Source of the DNA: Octopus vulgaris
Lineage: Eukaryota
Assembly: GCA_951406725.2 (NCBI GenBank)
Contig: OX597815.1
Location: forward strand, 33,728,001-33,792,000
Reading direction: 5' to 3'
DNA: 64,000 bases
Shown: positions 27,815-41,127 of the stretch, one piece after another
Layout of the letters: each line of letters begins with the position of its first letter
How positions within the stretch are numbered: the stretch's first letter is position 1
Notes under the pieces: model-generated
Databases searched by the model: none
Told to the model about the DNA's origin: nothing
Seen by the model: only the letters and a program-made list of their open reading frames with translations
Made by a program: the position numbers and the translations under genes

Positions 27815-28983
27815 TTATTCAACTGTTGCAGGTGACTCAGCAGCTTCAGGTGGTTTCACAGTTTCTTCTGCAGCTTCAGGTGGTTTCACAGTTTCTTCTG
27901 CAGCTTCAGGTGGTTTCACAGCTTCTGCAGCTTCAGGTGGTTTCACAGCTTCTGCAGCTTCAGGTGGTTTTTCAGTTTCTTCTGCAGCTTCAGGTGGTTT
28001 CCCAGTTTCTTCTGCAGCTTCAGGTGGTTTCACAGCTTCTTCTGCAGCTTCAGGTGGTTTCTCGGCTTCTGCAGCTTCAGGTGGTTTCACAGCTTCTGCA
28101 GCTTCAGGTGGTTTCCCAGTTTCTTCTGCAGCTTCAGGTGGTTTCACAGCTTCAGGTGGTTTCTCAGCTTCTGCAGCTTCAGGTGGTTTCTCGGCTTCTG
28201 CAGCTTCAGGTGGTTTCACAGCTTCTGCAGCTTCAGGTGGTTTTTCAGTTTCTTCTGCAGCTTCAGGTGGTTTCACAGTTTCTTCTGCAGCTTCAGGTGG
28301 TTTCTCAGCTTCTGCAGCTTCAGGTGGTTTCTCAGCTTCTGCAGCTTCAGGTGGTTTCTCAGCTTCTTCTGCAGCTTCAGGTGGTTTCTCGGCTTCTGCA
28401 GCTTCAGGTGGTTTCCCAGTTTCTTCTGCAGCTTCAGGTGGTTTCTCGGCTTCTGCAGCTTCAGGTGGTTTCTCAGTTTCTTCTGCAGCTTCAGGTGGTT
28501 TCTCGGCTTCTGCAGCTTCAGGTGGTTTCTCAGTTTCTTCTGCAGCTTCAGGTGGTTTCTCAGTTTCTTCTGCAGCTTCAGGTGGTTTCTCAGTTTCTTC
28601 TGCGGCTTCAGGTGGTTTCTCAGTTTCTTCTGCAGCTTCAGGTGGTTTACTTACCTCATCTTGAGCTTCTTGAGTTATTTCCTCTGCTGTGACATCTTTT
28701 TCTTCTATACCTTCACTTTGAAGTCTTTCTTGAGGTGGTGTACTTATGGCATGTTGCTCTTTTACAGAAGATGATTTTGCTCCAACAATTTCAACTGAGC
28801 TTTCTACCTCCAGAACATCTTCTATTGAACTCTCTGATATAATGTTAACAACAGACTGTAGAGGTTTTGTGTCGTCTTCAGCAGCTTCCCTAGCCATGAT
28901 ATATTCGATAGACAAAGGAGACTCTGAGGATGTTAATATATTAGGTGACATTTCACGACTTGCATCAAGACTCTGATCCCGTG
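27815..28983 (-). CDS. NME8: NME8-like terminal exon: acidic region plus KPPEAAEE repeat tail
   Basis: A phase-1 acceptor at 28984-28985 continues the frame (SRDQSLDAS...). The frame is open to TAA at 27815, and AATAAA signals follow. Confidence 0.8.
27836..28648 (-). repeat. Coding minisatellite, 29 units of 27/30 nt (one of 18 nt)
   Basis: Units encode KPPEAAEETE, KPPEAAEAE and variants. All length variants are multiples of 3. Confidence 0.95.
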
Positions 28984-29038
28984 CTACAACACAATAGAAA
29001 TAATTATGTGAATACAAGTCTTAAAGGAAAAAATGACT

Positions 29039-29091
<53 letters not shown>

Positions 29092-29265
29092 AACAGAGAG
29101 AGTACAAAATTGCATTGAATGACACAATATAATAGGTATATATAAGTGCACTACTTTTTAATCCCTTATTTCCTCTAACAAATATGCAATTATATTTGAA
29201 TTATAAATTCCATGCTCTATAGTGATACCACATGTTTTGCCTATTCATTCATTCTTTCTAATATA

Positions 29266-30537
29266 TAGTGTCATCCTATAAATAATGCGGTTTTCTTAAC
29301 TTCTTTTATTTTTCATAATTAAGATAAAATTCTTTTTTAATCTAAAATATACTCTCTTTCATTTTCTTCTATCTATCTGGTAGATTTGCAAGGCCTGTCT
29401 TCCAAAATTCACTTCTCCGTGAGAAAAAATTCTCCTCCAGTACTGTTCTGACCTCGTCTACAGAATTTGTATTTTTTCTGTCCAAATGATTTTAAAAACT
29501 GCAGAATAAATGATAATCAGATGGGACAATGTTCAGTGAATATGGTGGGTGGGGCATCATTTACCATCCAAACTGCTCCAGCCTTTGAAATGTCATCCTC
29601 CCTGTGTGTGGTCGAGCATTACCCTGAATAAAAAACACCTTTCATCTTGAAACCAAAGATGGTCATTTTTCTTCTCGCACTGACTTAAGCCACCCAAACT
29701 GCTTGCATTGGATCTCCTTTGTTATCATTTGGTTTGGGTTTAAAAGTTTGAAGTGGAATAAGCCTTTCATATCCCACCAAACATATAGGAACAACTTAGG
29801 TAGGTGAAGACCTTCTATACCCTGGGGTGTCAGTGTTTCTCCTTTCACTAACCATTGTCTTCAGAGCTTGACATTTTTATAGAGAACCTATTTCTCATCA
29901 CCAGTCACTATTCAGTCCAAAAAAGGTTCATTTTTGAGACATGACAGCAAAGAAAAGCACACATTCACTTTCTGTGCATGATTAGACACAGAAACTTTGT
30001 GAGGAACCCATTGACGCAATTTGCTGACTTTTCCAATGGCACACAGGTGTCAATGAATGGCTGAATGACCAAATCCAAGCTTCTCTGCTAGTTCCTCAAC
30101 AGTTACAATGGGATTTTGTTCTACCAAGGTTTGCAGGACATCCTAGTCGAACTCTATAGATCTTCCAGGACGAGGCTGATCTTCTAGGCTGTAGTTTCTG
30201 GCACAGAATTTCTGGAACCACCATGGACGCTGGCTTACATTTATTGTCTGATCTCCATATACTGCATTAATATTCCTCACACTTTCCATTGTGTTGTTGC
30301 CCTTATTGAACTCATAAAGTAAAATATGCTGAATATGCTCCTTTGTCACTTCCATTATAGCTTTCAAAAAATAACTGTTGAAATCGAACTGCACTCTTCA
30401 AAACTTGCACTAAGAATAAGGACAAGGTAAATTACTACCTCTTTTCATAGCATGTTCAGGAAAGCAGTTTATCACATCCCCCTCCCTCTTTTAGTTCATG
30501 CAATTGTCAAAACCGCATTACTTATGGGATTACCCAA
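29266..30537 (-). mobile_element. Near full-length decayed mariner
   Basis: TIRs (TCATCCTATAAATAATGCGGTTTT / AAAACCGCATTACTTATGGGAT). Contains MEVTKEHIQHILLYEF, WVPH, TGDEK and HPPYS..PSDYHLF, with stops and frameshifts. Confidence 0.88.
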
Positions 30538-30619
30538 GATAAATATGTGCTGGTGTGTTGGGGAACGGTGTGTGTATATATATATCATCATTGTTTAAAG
30601 TCCATCTTCCATGTTCTGC

Positions 30620-33062
30620 ACCATGAGGACCAAAGACTTGAGGTATTTCGTGTTGCAAGACAGTATGTGAGAGAGAATCGTGATGTCGTAGGACAGAAAT
30701 GTGTCCACATGGATGATGGTTCACATGCATTAAGCTAGGCTGCAAAGAGAGAGGTTTGGAGATGCCATTATGAAAGGTTGCTCAATAAAGAAAATGAATG
30801 GGAGAAAGAGAGTGACCAGCTATCCGAATTGACAGTACCTTGGTAGATAAAGCAATTAAGGGTATGAAGTCAGGGAAAGCCCCCGGCCCATCAGGAATCA
30901 CCTCAGAGGTGTCAGCTGTAGCTTAGCCACCATATAGCGGCTATAGCCTGTTCACCCGTATAGTTAACCAGGTGATACATGAAGGAGTCATACCCAATGA
31001 CTGGTGTAGCAGCACCATAGTCAACTGCTTCAAAGGTAAAGGTGATGCTTTAGATACAAATACGTACAGAGGTATCAAGTTGTTGGATCAGCTAATGAAA
31101 GTCACGGAGAAGGTCATAGCCCAACTAATTAGGGAGAGAGTCAGTCTAGATGAGATGCAGTTTGGGTCCGTGCCAGGGAAAAGCACCACTGATGCTGTAT
31201 TTCTGGTAAGACAGCTGCAAGAGAAATACCTAGCCAAAGACAAACCTCTGTACCTGGCTTTCGTTGATATGGAGAAAGCCTTTGACAGGGTCCTCCGATC
31301 CCTTATCTGGTGATCAATGAGGAAACTAGGGATAGATGAATGGTTAGTGAGAGCTGTGCAAGCCATGTACAGGGATGCTGTCAGTAAGAGTTGGCAATGA
31401 GTACATTGAAGAATTCCGAGTAGGGGTAGGGTTCCACCAAGGATCAGTACTCAGCCCCCTCTTATTCATCATAGTCCTCCAAGCAATAATAGAGGAATTC
31501 AAGACAGGATGCCCCTGGGAACTCCTCTATGCTGATGATCTTGCTCTAATTACTGAGACACTATCAAAACTAGAGGAAAAGTTTCAGGTGTGGAAGCAAG
31601 GATTAGAATCAAAGGGCTTTAAAGTCAACCTAGCTAAAACCAAAGTCTTAATAAGTAGGAAGGCAGACAAACTACATATCTCTTCAGGTAGATGGGCCTG
31701 CTTGATCTGTAAAAAAGGTGTAGGTAGAAACTCTATAAGATGCACCAAGTGTAAGCTATGGACACATAAGAGGTGCAGCAATATCAAAGGGAGGCTAACT
31801 GGGATATTACTTTCCATATGTGGCAGATGCTCAGGTGCTATAAACACTGAAAATGTGCAGAGAACAACTTCCACCACATTCCAGGGAGATAAACTAAAAG
31901 TAGTTGATAGATTCCGTTACCTAGGTGACCAAGTCAGTAGCGGAGGAGGGTGCACTGAAAGTGTAGCTGCTAGAATAATAATAGCCTGGGCAAAGTTCAG
32001 AGAGCTCTTACCTCTGCTGGTGACAAAGGGCCTCTTCCTCAGAGTAAAAGGTAGACTGTATGACACATGTGTATGAACAGCCATGCTACATGGCAGTGAA
32101 ACATGGGCCATGACTACTGAGGACATGAGTAAGCTCGCAAGGAATGAAGCCAGTATGCTCTGATGGATGTGTAATGTCAATGTGCATACTTGACAGAGTG
32201 TAAGTACCTTGAGAGAAAAGTTGGACCTAAAAAGCATCAGATGTGGTGTGTAAGAGAGATAACTGCACTGGTATGGCCATGTGGCGAGAATGGATATGGA
32301 TAGCTATGTGAAAAAGTGCCACACCCTAGCGGTTGAGGGAACCTGAGGAAAAGGTAAACCCAGGAATACCTGGGATGAGGTGGTGAAGCATGACCTTCGA
32401 ACATTAGGCCTCACCGAGGCAATGACTAGTGACCGGGACCTTTGGAAATATGCTGTGCTTGAGAAGATGCAGCAAGCCAAATGAGACCTTAACCTTGTGG
32501 CCTATGCCAGGGGTGTAAACAGCCCACTTATGTGTACCTTTCTTTCTTTGGACACTAAACTCTACTTGCGAAGACCTGTTGAGGCAAGTGAAATCAAAAT
32601 CGAAATCAAATTCGATGACTGACATCCATGCTAGTGCAGCACTAAGAGCACCATACGAGCATGATTGTTACCAGTGTAAAAATCAGCATTCGAGTGTGAT
32701 CGTTACCAGCATCACCTTACTGACACTTGTGCCGGTGGCACATGGAAAAAACATTCGAGCAAGGTCGTTGCCAGTGCTGCTGGACTGGCTCCTGTGCAGG
32801 TGGCACCTAAAAAACACCATTTCAGCGTGGCCATTGCCAGTACCACCTGACTGGTCCTCATGCTGGGGGCACATAAAAGCACCCACTACTCTCTTGGAGT
32901 GGTTGGCATTAGGAAGGGCCTCCAGATGTAGAAACTCTGCCAGATCAGATTGGAGCCTGGTATAGCCACCTGGTTTGCCAGTCCTCAGTCAAATCATCGA
33001 ACCCATGCTAGCATGGAAAGCGGACGTTAAATGACAACGACGACGGCAGCGGCGACGATGAT
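30620..33062 (+). mobile_element. 5'-truncated RTE-clade LINE with 3'UTR and (TGA)n-derived tail
   Basis: RT motifs YRGIKLL, FVDMEKAFD, HQGSVLSP, YADD, FRYLG and MLHGSETW; several stops and frameshifts. Confidence 0.92.
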
Positions 33063-33341
33063 GTGAAATGAACTGAAATACAGTTCATGATAAAAAGAAG
33101 TGTAGTATTATGAAGGTATGATGTGGCAAGTGATGCGGTATATGTGAAAAAATAGTATGTTGTAATGTAGTGGCATTCAGCATTTTTTTTTGGTGTTGGT
33201 GCATGTACTGTTGTGATTATTCAAGACATGATGTATAATGTAATATAAGATAGAATAAAATTTATCCAACTGAAATGCAATTTGATGGAAAGTACAGTAA
33301 CAAATGTTCTGTGCTATTTGTAATAATAAAGATTGACTTAC

Positions 33342-33448
33342 ATGTGTCAGTTCCAAATACCATGTTTCTTAATTGTTGTGCTTTCATAAGACTGGAAGTT
33401 CCATGCAGTGCATTTTGCATTATGTCTGTCCCAAATTGTGCTCGCAAT
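33342..33448 (-). CDS. NME8: NME8-like exon, NDK3 His
   Basis: Reads LRAQFGTDIMQNALHGTSSLMKAQQLRNMVFGTDT. Phase 2-1, GTAAGT donor. Confidence 0.92.
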
Positions 33449-34029
33449 CTATGAAATAGATTCACTTCATTAGTTGGATTATCAGAGCCTTTCCATAAAC
33501 ATGTACATTTAATGATTCCTAAACATAATTTTACACACACACATATGACAGGTTCTTAAAGTCTCAATCCACCAGCTTACTCATGGTTACAAAATTATAT
33601 ATGTAGCACTATGCACATATATATACATATTTGTGTGTGTGTGCAAGGCTTTGTGGTTAAGATGTTTACTTCCTAACCATGTACTCTTGGATTCAGTCCC
33701 ACTACACTGCACCTTGGGCAAGTGCCTTCTTCTATATCCCTGAGCCAAGATGTCACTTGTGCTATTACTCTGAGTTTCCACATGTGAACACTTCCTCAGA
33801 CAACAAAATTCAACATTGTAGAAAATCAACAAGCTGTAGACAATTAAAAGTGGTGAAAAAATATAAAAGCCCATTGGTTGAAGCAAGGCACTTGATTAAC
33901 ATATAGATTAAATCCTCTACATGGTCACTCAACCTGCCAGAAATAGTAGCTAAATATCCCTCAAATTAACACCCAACCGTCTTCAAATAAAGGTCAAGTT
34001 GGATATTATATTATTGATTTCCTTGCCTA

Positions 34030-35601
34030 CACTGCATTTCATATTAATGACGTAACATTTTTTTATTCTATTTAAAAACTATTTGTTGGAATTCAACAAA
34101 ATTTTTACAGAATGATGGTGTAACAGTTCCATATGTGTGGCATGTAAAAAATGTGAGGTTCAGTAAAACATCACGTAAACTACAGCCATTTCGCAAATTT
34201 ATGTAAACATTCACTGTTTCAAATTATTAGTAAGGTGTAATTAAAACTCGTGTAAACAAGAAAGTACTAATTTAATTGTTTGATGTACATACCGAAATGA
34301 ACACATACAGTCATAAATATGGAAGAAATAGAAGTAAAAAAATAAACAGGATTCAAACATGATAGCTGAGCTGGTTAGTAAGTGATATATGAGCCTTTGT
34401 TTGAAATAAGTTGGAAAAGGCACAGGTCCATGGAACATGCTAGTTTTTGGATCTCCTCTGATGTTATATCATGAGATACATCTACTATCACTTGCCACAG
34501 TTCATTCCTGCTCCTAAACTGGCATCCATTCTGGTAAATTTATCGCCTTAGAATATTCCACAAGTTTTTCTATTGAGTTCAAGTTGGGAGAACAGGCAGG
34601 CCACGTCATCTTCCAAGATCCACAGAAGCCTAATTGTTGAAGATACTCTGTAGTTTCCTTTGCAGAATGCAAGGGCACATTATCTTGCATGAATATTATG
34701 GTTGTCTTGAAGGTGGCCCTTTGCTTTTTTTAACCAAGGTTCAAGGTGCTCCCTCAGAAAGGCTATGTAAGCATCCATGGTCATTTTAACACCATCAGGC
34801 TCTTTCCAAGGACCAACCCTAATACCTCCAATAATACCTGCTCAAATCATAATACTTCTTCCCCACTTGTTGGCATCTCAAGAGTTAATGACAATCTCAT
34901 CCATTTACAACCCATCCCTTGTCCCAACCATCAGGTCCATCAAGAGCAGCACAAGTTTTATCCATAAACAAAACTTTTGCAAAGTGGACCTTCATGTTAT
35001 CTTCTGCCCATTTTAGGTGATTTTGTATGTATATTTGGTTTGAAAGTGGCCTTTCAACTGATATCACTAGTTTACTGACTTTTTCCAGAAGATGACATCA
35101 GGTAGCTCAGGACACAGCTGTTTCACCAATGCACTTGAAAAGTTCTCCACTTGTAAGACCTGGGTTCTTTAGAGCTTCATGCTTAATTCATGACAGAGAA
35201 CATTGAGAAATAGCTCTCAACTGACCCTTGTTGGCTCTCATACATCTCTTTGTAAGAGCTGTAACAAATTTTTTCCCAAATTGATGATATCTTCCAATTA
35301 TTTTAAATATTTCTAATGTTGATTTACCTTTTGCAAGTTCAGAAGTAATAACAGATTTCCCTGAAGCAGTTAAGTCACATATACAACCCATAATTATACG
35401 ATTGTCAGACCACTCATTAATAATTTAGAACACTGAAAGTTCATGGAAATCATGCAAATAGTCACAGTTTGTTTACACTTGTGCAAAACCTCGTTTTTTT
35501 TACACACCACACACATATAACTGTTGCCATCATTCTGTGGAAATTTTGTTGAATTTCAACAAGTAGTTTTTAAATAAAATAAGAAAATTTGAAACACAGT
35601 C
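34030..35601 (-). mobile_element. Decayed Tc1-like transposon with long TIRs
   Basis: TA-flanked. Inverted arms (e.g. AAAAACTATTTGTTGGAATTCAACAAAATTT and its reverse complement near 35540-35575). Contains FMQDN and WPACSPNLNSIE motifs. Confidence 0.85.
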
Positions 35602-35933
35602 TATATGGAAAAGAGAGTATGATTACAGCTTTGATCATAGACCAGTTTTATCAAACTGGCCTGGAGCTACATGACAACAACACAAAGAACATCATCATCA
35701 TCATCATCATCATTTAAACATTCATTTTTCCATGCCTGCATGGGTCAAATGGAATTTTCTATTGTCAGATACACTTCCTGTTAACCCTCATCTGATTCTG
35801 AGCAAGGTAATTTTTCTTCTTGACCCACTCTGTTTTCATGGAAGACCAGAAATGAATGACACTGCTTGTATGATAGTGATGCTGCTTACAACTATCACAC
35901 ACTATCAAGACAAGGAGACAGAATCACACACAA

Positions 35934-35973
<40 letters not shown>

Positions 35974-36887
35974 CAGGATTCTTTCTATCTACCAAATCCA
36001 CTCACAAGGCTGTAATAAAAAACACTCGCCCATAGTGCCATGCAATGGAACAGAACCCAAAATCATATGGTTGGCAATTGAACCTCTCAACCATATGGCC
36101 ATGTCTGTACCTAACAATAAATAATAAATGGTGCAAAGGAGATAATTTATGAATAATTTTCAAATAATCTAGTAATTTAAAATAAAGTAAAAAAAAAAAA
36201 GATAGTCAATCCCTTGACTATCATGGTTGTTACATTCCAAACCGCTCCCTGTGATAGGTGAAAATCCACTGTAGAAACAGTACTGTACTGTATTTGTTTT
36301 ATTATTATAAATGCAAAACAACACCACAGAGGAATCAACATAAGCTTAAATAATAAACCATAACAGGTGAACTGTGATAAGTGAACCCCCATATAGCGAG
36401 GAATTACTGTAATAAAAATAGATGGTAACTGCTTGACAATTGAAGGGAATTAATCATATACATTTTTTCACCTATGTGCAATGCATCGCAGAGCCTGCAA
36501 ATTATTCAGTATGTTTGATTAGGGGAAGTGCAACCAAAGAGCTCAATTATGTTGATCATAGAGTAATTGTATGGAAGATGAAGAGACAAATCAAGAATCA
36601 AGATCAGAGTATATGAATGGGTGTGTCTAGGGGAGAAAGGGAACTCTCCAGTAGATCCTGTAGATTTTTATCCTTTTTGAAGGATCACAGAAAGGTCTCA
36701 TACAAATTGATCTGTCTAATATGTATCAGGAGAGAAGTGCTAAAGCTATGGGCACTACTCGTTTTTTTTGTTTTCAACTTGATGATGATGAACACCATAC
36801 ATTCTAATGGAGCTTGCACTAATAAATATTTAAAATACAATTTTGTTAATACAATCAACTATAAACACAGTATTGTTTTATACTTAC

Positions 36888-36995
36888 AAATATGGATCTA
36901 TCTTTTTGGCTTCTATTGGATCAACAGGTCCCAATAACTGTCTAAATCCAAAGACAGCATCTTCCCGAGTCAGAACCATAAACATTGAAGGTCCA
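36888..36995 (-). CDS. NME8: NME8-like exon, NDK3
   Basis: Reads GPSMFMVLTREDAVFGFRQLLGPVDPIEAKKIDPY. 108 nt, phase 2-2, GTAAGT donor. Confidence 0.92.
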
Positions 36996-38071
36996 CTGAA
37001 GATAGAGTAAGTGGCAAACTATGATTTACAAACCAATTGCATTCTTCCCATTCGTAGTTCTATGGCTGAAGTTTAACAGTTAAGACAACCATAGGATAGC
37101 ACTATCTGAGAACTATCCAAGTTGGGTTACAAATTAGACATTACTAGTGACCTTACTGCAAGACTGGCTTACCAACAAAACAAGGTTAGATAGACAGAGA
37201 GATTTGCTACATTACAGTATTTCCATAACATTTTGATAATATGACTAACAAACCTTCTTTACTTTAGGTATATATAAACAAAATTAGTATTGCCAAAGTA
37301 AGGACTTCAGAGCAAAGCTTGTGGTAAACACTTTGCAGTTCTTCAGTTTAAATCATGTGAGATTCCTTCTAGTGCATCTGCAGCTGAAGTCTAATAGTAT
37401 TACATAGCATGAGGTAAAATAATTTGCTTTTGTAAAATTTGATGAGTCTCTTGCCCAAGGAAGAATTGATAGCTTCATGTTCTGCATCCTGCTGCTTGTA
37501 ACCTATAAGTTCAGGTTTCTTCTCACATCCTAACCAATCAAACTCAGAGGATATGCCAAAAATTATTGGAGCACTGCCTTGTAATATTTATTCCAGCTCT
37601 TCATGTTCTGATCACAAATACCAATAAAATAAAATACCAGCCAAGCATTGATGTTGAATTATTTGACTAATCCTTCTTACTCATTTCAGTGGTCTAATAC
37701 TCATCTTATAAATTATCATTCAACTATTACTATACCACTATACTATATTTTACTCATCAGATTTTCTATGCAGCAAATATAAAAGAACAGAAGAAAACTT
37801 CAATTAGGACAAATATAAATTGTTTTTAGTGGTAAATCTAAGTTTCATTGATGTGACAGTTTTATACAGCATAACTATTGTTTGTTGATATATTTGTATG
37901 AGCATCTTTCTTATTTTCAGATTTATTGGAACTGTTAGATGCCCTTCTGACATCTATCTATCCTATAAAGAATGAAGAACATGGATTATTGTTTTTAAGA
38001 GTCTCACTTCACAACTTATGTCTGAGGCTGAAAATATATGTTTGGAGCTGAAAATGTGAACCAACAAACTG

Positions 38072-39341
38072 TAAGGCTGAGTAAAAAGTAAGCAACCTTT
38101 TGAAACAGGAAATTCATCACAATATATTTCAACAATGCGAAAGTTTTATTAAACAAACTAAGTACCATTGCAATCAACACATTTTCGCCAATGTGTTACA
38201 AGTTTGTTAATTCCAGTAACATAAAAATCTGGAGTTCTGGAGCTGATGAACTCTTTGAATGCATTTTCAGCATCAGTTTTATTTTTGAACTCCTTCTCTC
38301 ACAGAAAACCAGCAAGGTGCTTGAAAAAGTGGTAGTCAGTAGGAGAAAGGTCTGGGGAATAAGCTGGGTGGGGAAGAACTTAGTAACCAAGTTCCCTCAA
38401 CTTCTGGTGCATCATTAGTGAAGCATGTGTTCCAGCATTGTCATGAAGAATGAATGGCCCTCTTTTGTTGACCAATCTGGGATGGAGGAGTAGCAGTTTT
38501 ACTTTCATTTTGGCAATTTCATGGCAATATGTTTCTGCAGTAATGGTTTTTTCCAGGTTTTAAGAAGTTACAGTGGATGAGTTCAACAGTACACTACCAG
38601 TCACCATAACCTTCTTTCTGAAGAGCTTGGGTTTAGGGAAGATTTTTTCAGTGCTTCATTTTGGTTCAAACACTGTGAAGAACATTTTTTATTATTGTAC
38701 AGAATCCACTTTTCACTGTAAATTACAATACGGTCAAGAAATGGATTGGTCTGGTTACGGAGAAGAAGTGACAAGCAAATTTCTTATCTGCACATTTTCT
38801 GATTTTCATTCAAATCGTGTGCTTTTTTGATTTTCAGATCACATGCAGATAGCTTCAGGCAGTTTTCTGGCTAACTTGAAGTTCTTTTCCCAGTTCTCAA
38901 GTGGCTTTACATGGGTCTTTCTCAATGACGGTCTGTATTTGATGGTCATCAATGACAGATGGGTGTCTACCACGCTCACAAACTTCAAGGCCTGGATCTT
39001 CATTGCAAAATCATTAAAACCATCTTCAAGCTGACCACTCACTAGTCATTTCCTCACCAAATATTTTATTGATATCACAAGCCATTCCAGCTCTGTTACA
39101 TCCTTTTTTTGAAGTTGAATAGCAAAATTGCTTGAATATTGCACTTTAACAGTTTCATTTCAGATGATTGTAACAACAGTGAAAAAAATATCAACATTAA
39201 TTTATTGAGGCATTTGAACAATTCTATGTCTGTATTATCAGACAATTGCAAAAATTGTTTTAAAAAATTCAAAACTGTGCAAAAATCTGGTATAAATTCC
39301 TCATGGTTCAAAACGTTGCTTACTTTTTACTCAACCTGATA
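38072..39341 (-). mobile_element. Near full-length decayed mariner
   Basis: TIRs AGGCTGAGTAAAAAGTAAGCAAC / GTTGCTTACTTTTTACTCAACCT. Contains a YSPDLSPTDYHFFKHL motif. Confidence 0.88.
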
Positions 39342-39979
39342 TTACATCAACCATTCATTCAGTTTGACATTCAATATCATCATCCTTCAGCATCTGTTTT
39401 CCATGCTGGAATGGGTTGAATGAATTGGCTAACTGGAGAGCTGCACAAAGTTCTAGTTTGATTTAGATTGGTTTCTTTGGCTGGATGCCCTTCCTAACAC
39501 CAGCCACTTTACAGTGTGTGCTGGGTGCTTTTCACATGGCATCAGCATGAGTGCCTTTTGCATGGCAACACCAGAGGATTCATGCAGGCCAATTCTCTTC
39601 ACCAGGGGGAGTGGCCTAAACACTTCTACTGTGGTGGTCTTCTCTGTTTTTATTCATTCTCTTAATAGATTTTTTATGACCAAACAATTGCATATGATGG
39701 GCTATATATTTTTTTTTTAAGGTTTTTTTTTAAACATGCTGTGGCATGTTACCACAGCAGCTGCATAGTCGTTGGTCACTGATCAAGCTGTTGAGTAACT
39801 TCAATCTAATGGATTACAAGTAACATATTTTTGTCAATTACATATTTCTTGACAAAATGTATATTTATGTTAACTGACATTTCCATGTCACCAGTTGCAG
39901 TTTTGGTACATCTAGCTAGTAATAAATCACAGAATTATAGAACCAGAGGCACCAAGAAATGCTACTGTAATGCAACATA

Positions 39980-40190
39980 TTGGTTTCAAATTTTGACACA
40001 AGGCCAGCAAGTTTGAGGTAGGGGTAAGTCAATTACATTGATCCCAGTACTCAACTGGTACTTATTTTATCAACCCCAAAAGGATGAAAGGCAAAGTCAG
40101 CCTTGGTGAAATTTGAACTCTGAATGTAAAAGCAGACAAAATGCCACTATGCATTTTGCTTGCTGTGCTAACAACTCTGCCAGTTCACTA
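39980..40190 (-). mobile_element. SINE (family also at about 690-840, 44900-45090, 46215-46420, 57335-57781)
   Basis: Shared core GGTACTTATTTTATC..CCCCAAAAGGATGAAAGGCAAAGTC. Confidence 0.75.
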
Positions 40191-40988
40191 CGTCAGGGTA
40201 GTGATGTATATATCACAAAGTGCTACAGTCGACAGAGTGAGTTACAAGGTTAGTTTGTGTATTCTTATAGGTAGTTGACTCAGTCACTAGATAAGGATAT
40301 AACAGGTATATTGTTGTCTGGGAATTTAGTCCAAAAAAAGGTGTCAATGAATTGGTCAGCTGAATACAACAACAAAAAAAGAATGATATAATATTTTAAG
40401 ACCTTTAAGCAATGCAGATGAGAAGTTGGGTAAAATATGTAAGGCAATGCCAATAAATAAAAACAAAGAGAAGTTATAGTATTACTATAGATAGGTTGTT
40501 TAATCCTACTATTAAATTTTGGGAAAGAGTTCTCTTATCAAATGTATGAAAGAAAATAATCTTAGAGTCTGTAGAAAAAGCATTATTGTCAGCAGGTCAT
40601 TTAAGTGTTCAAAATATTGTTTTTATTCAATTACCTAATTACCTAAAGATTTGAACTATCAAGTTAATATTTTAAAACTGTGTCAATTCACAACAATATA
40701 TCTTGTTGAAATGTTCTGATCATATTTATCTTGTCGAAACATTTTGTGTCAGTCTACACGACAGTTACAATCTATATATCTCTAATTAATATTAATGAGC
40801 TCTGTTTAATAAAAAAAACATTTTCCAGTTAATTAATAAATATGTTCATATGATAAAATCTATTTTAGTTTCTTTTGAAAGCAGAAAAGATGTTTGATTA
40901 TTAATTTTCAGAGAGAGACAAGTACCAATTCCAGAAGAAAAATAAACTCTACAAGGTATTCATAATTTATAGAAGACAGGATACATAC

Positions 40989-41127
40989 GTCATTAAATAT
41001 CTTTTTAGATCTTCATAATAAGATTGGTCTTTCTTGTACATTTTATTTATAATATCTTCAGTTAAAACCATTTCTTTCCTGGCTGAGATCTTGAATCCTG
41101 CTTCTTCTATTTTAGCCATAATATCCT
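40989..41127 (-). CDS. NME8: NME8-like exon, NDK3
   Basis: Reads (E)DIMAKIEEAGFKISARKEMVLTEDIINKMYKKDQSYYEDLKRYLM(T). Phase 1-2. Confidence 0.92.

Noticed and set aside
27826-28692. 288-aa + strand ORF (LQLQVVSQ repeats)
   Set aside because: Antisense shadow of the coding minisatellite. The - frame is the one that splices in phase to the NDK exons.
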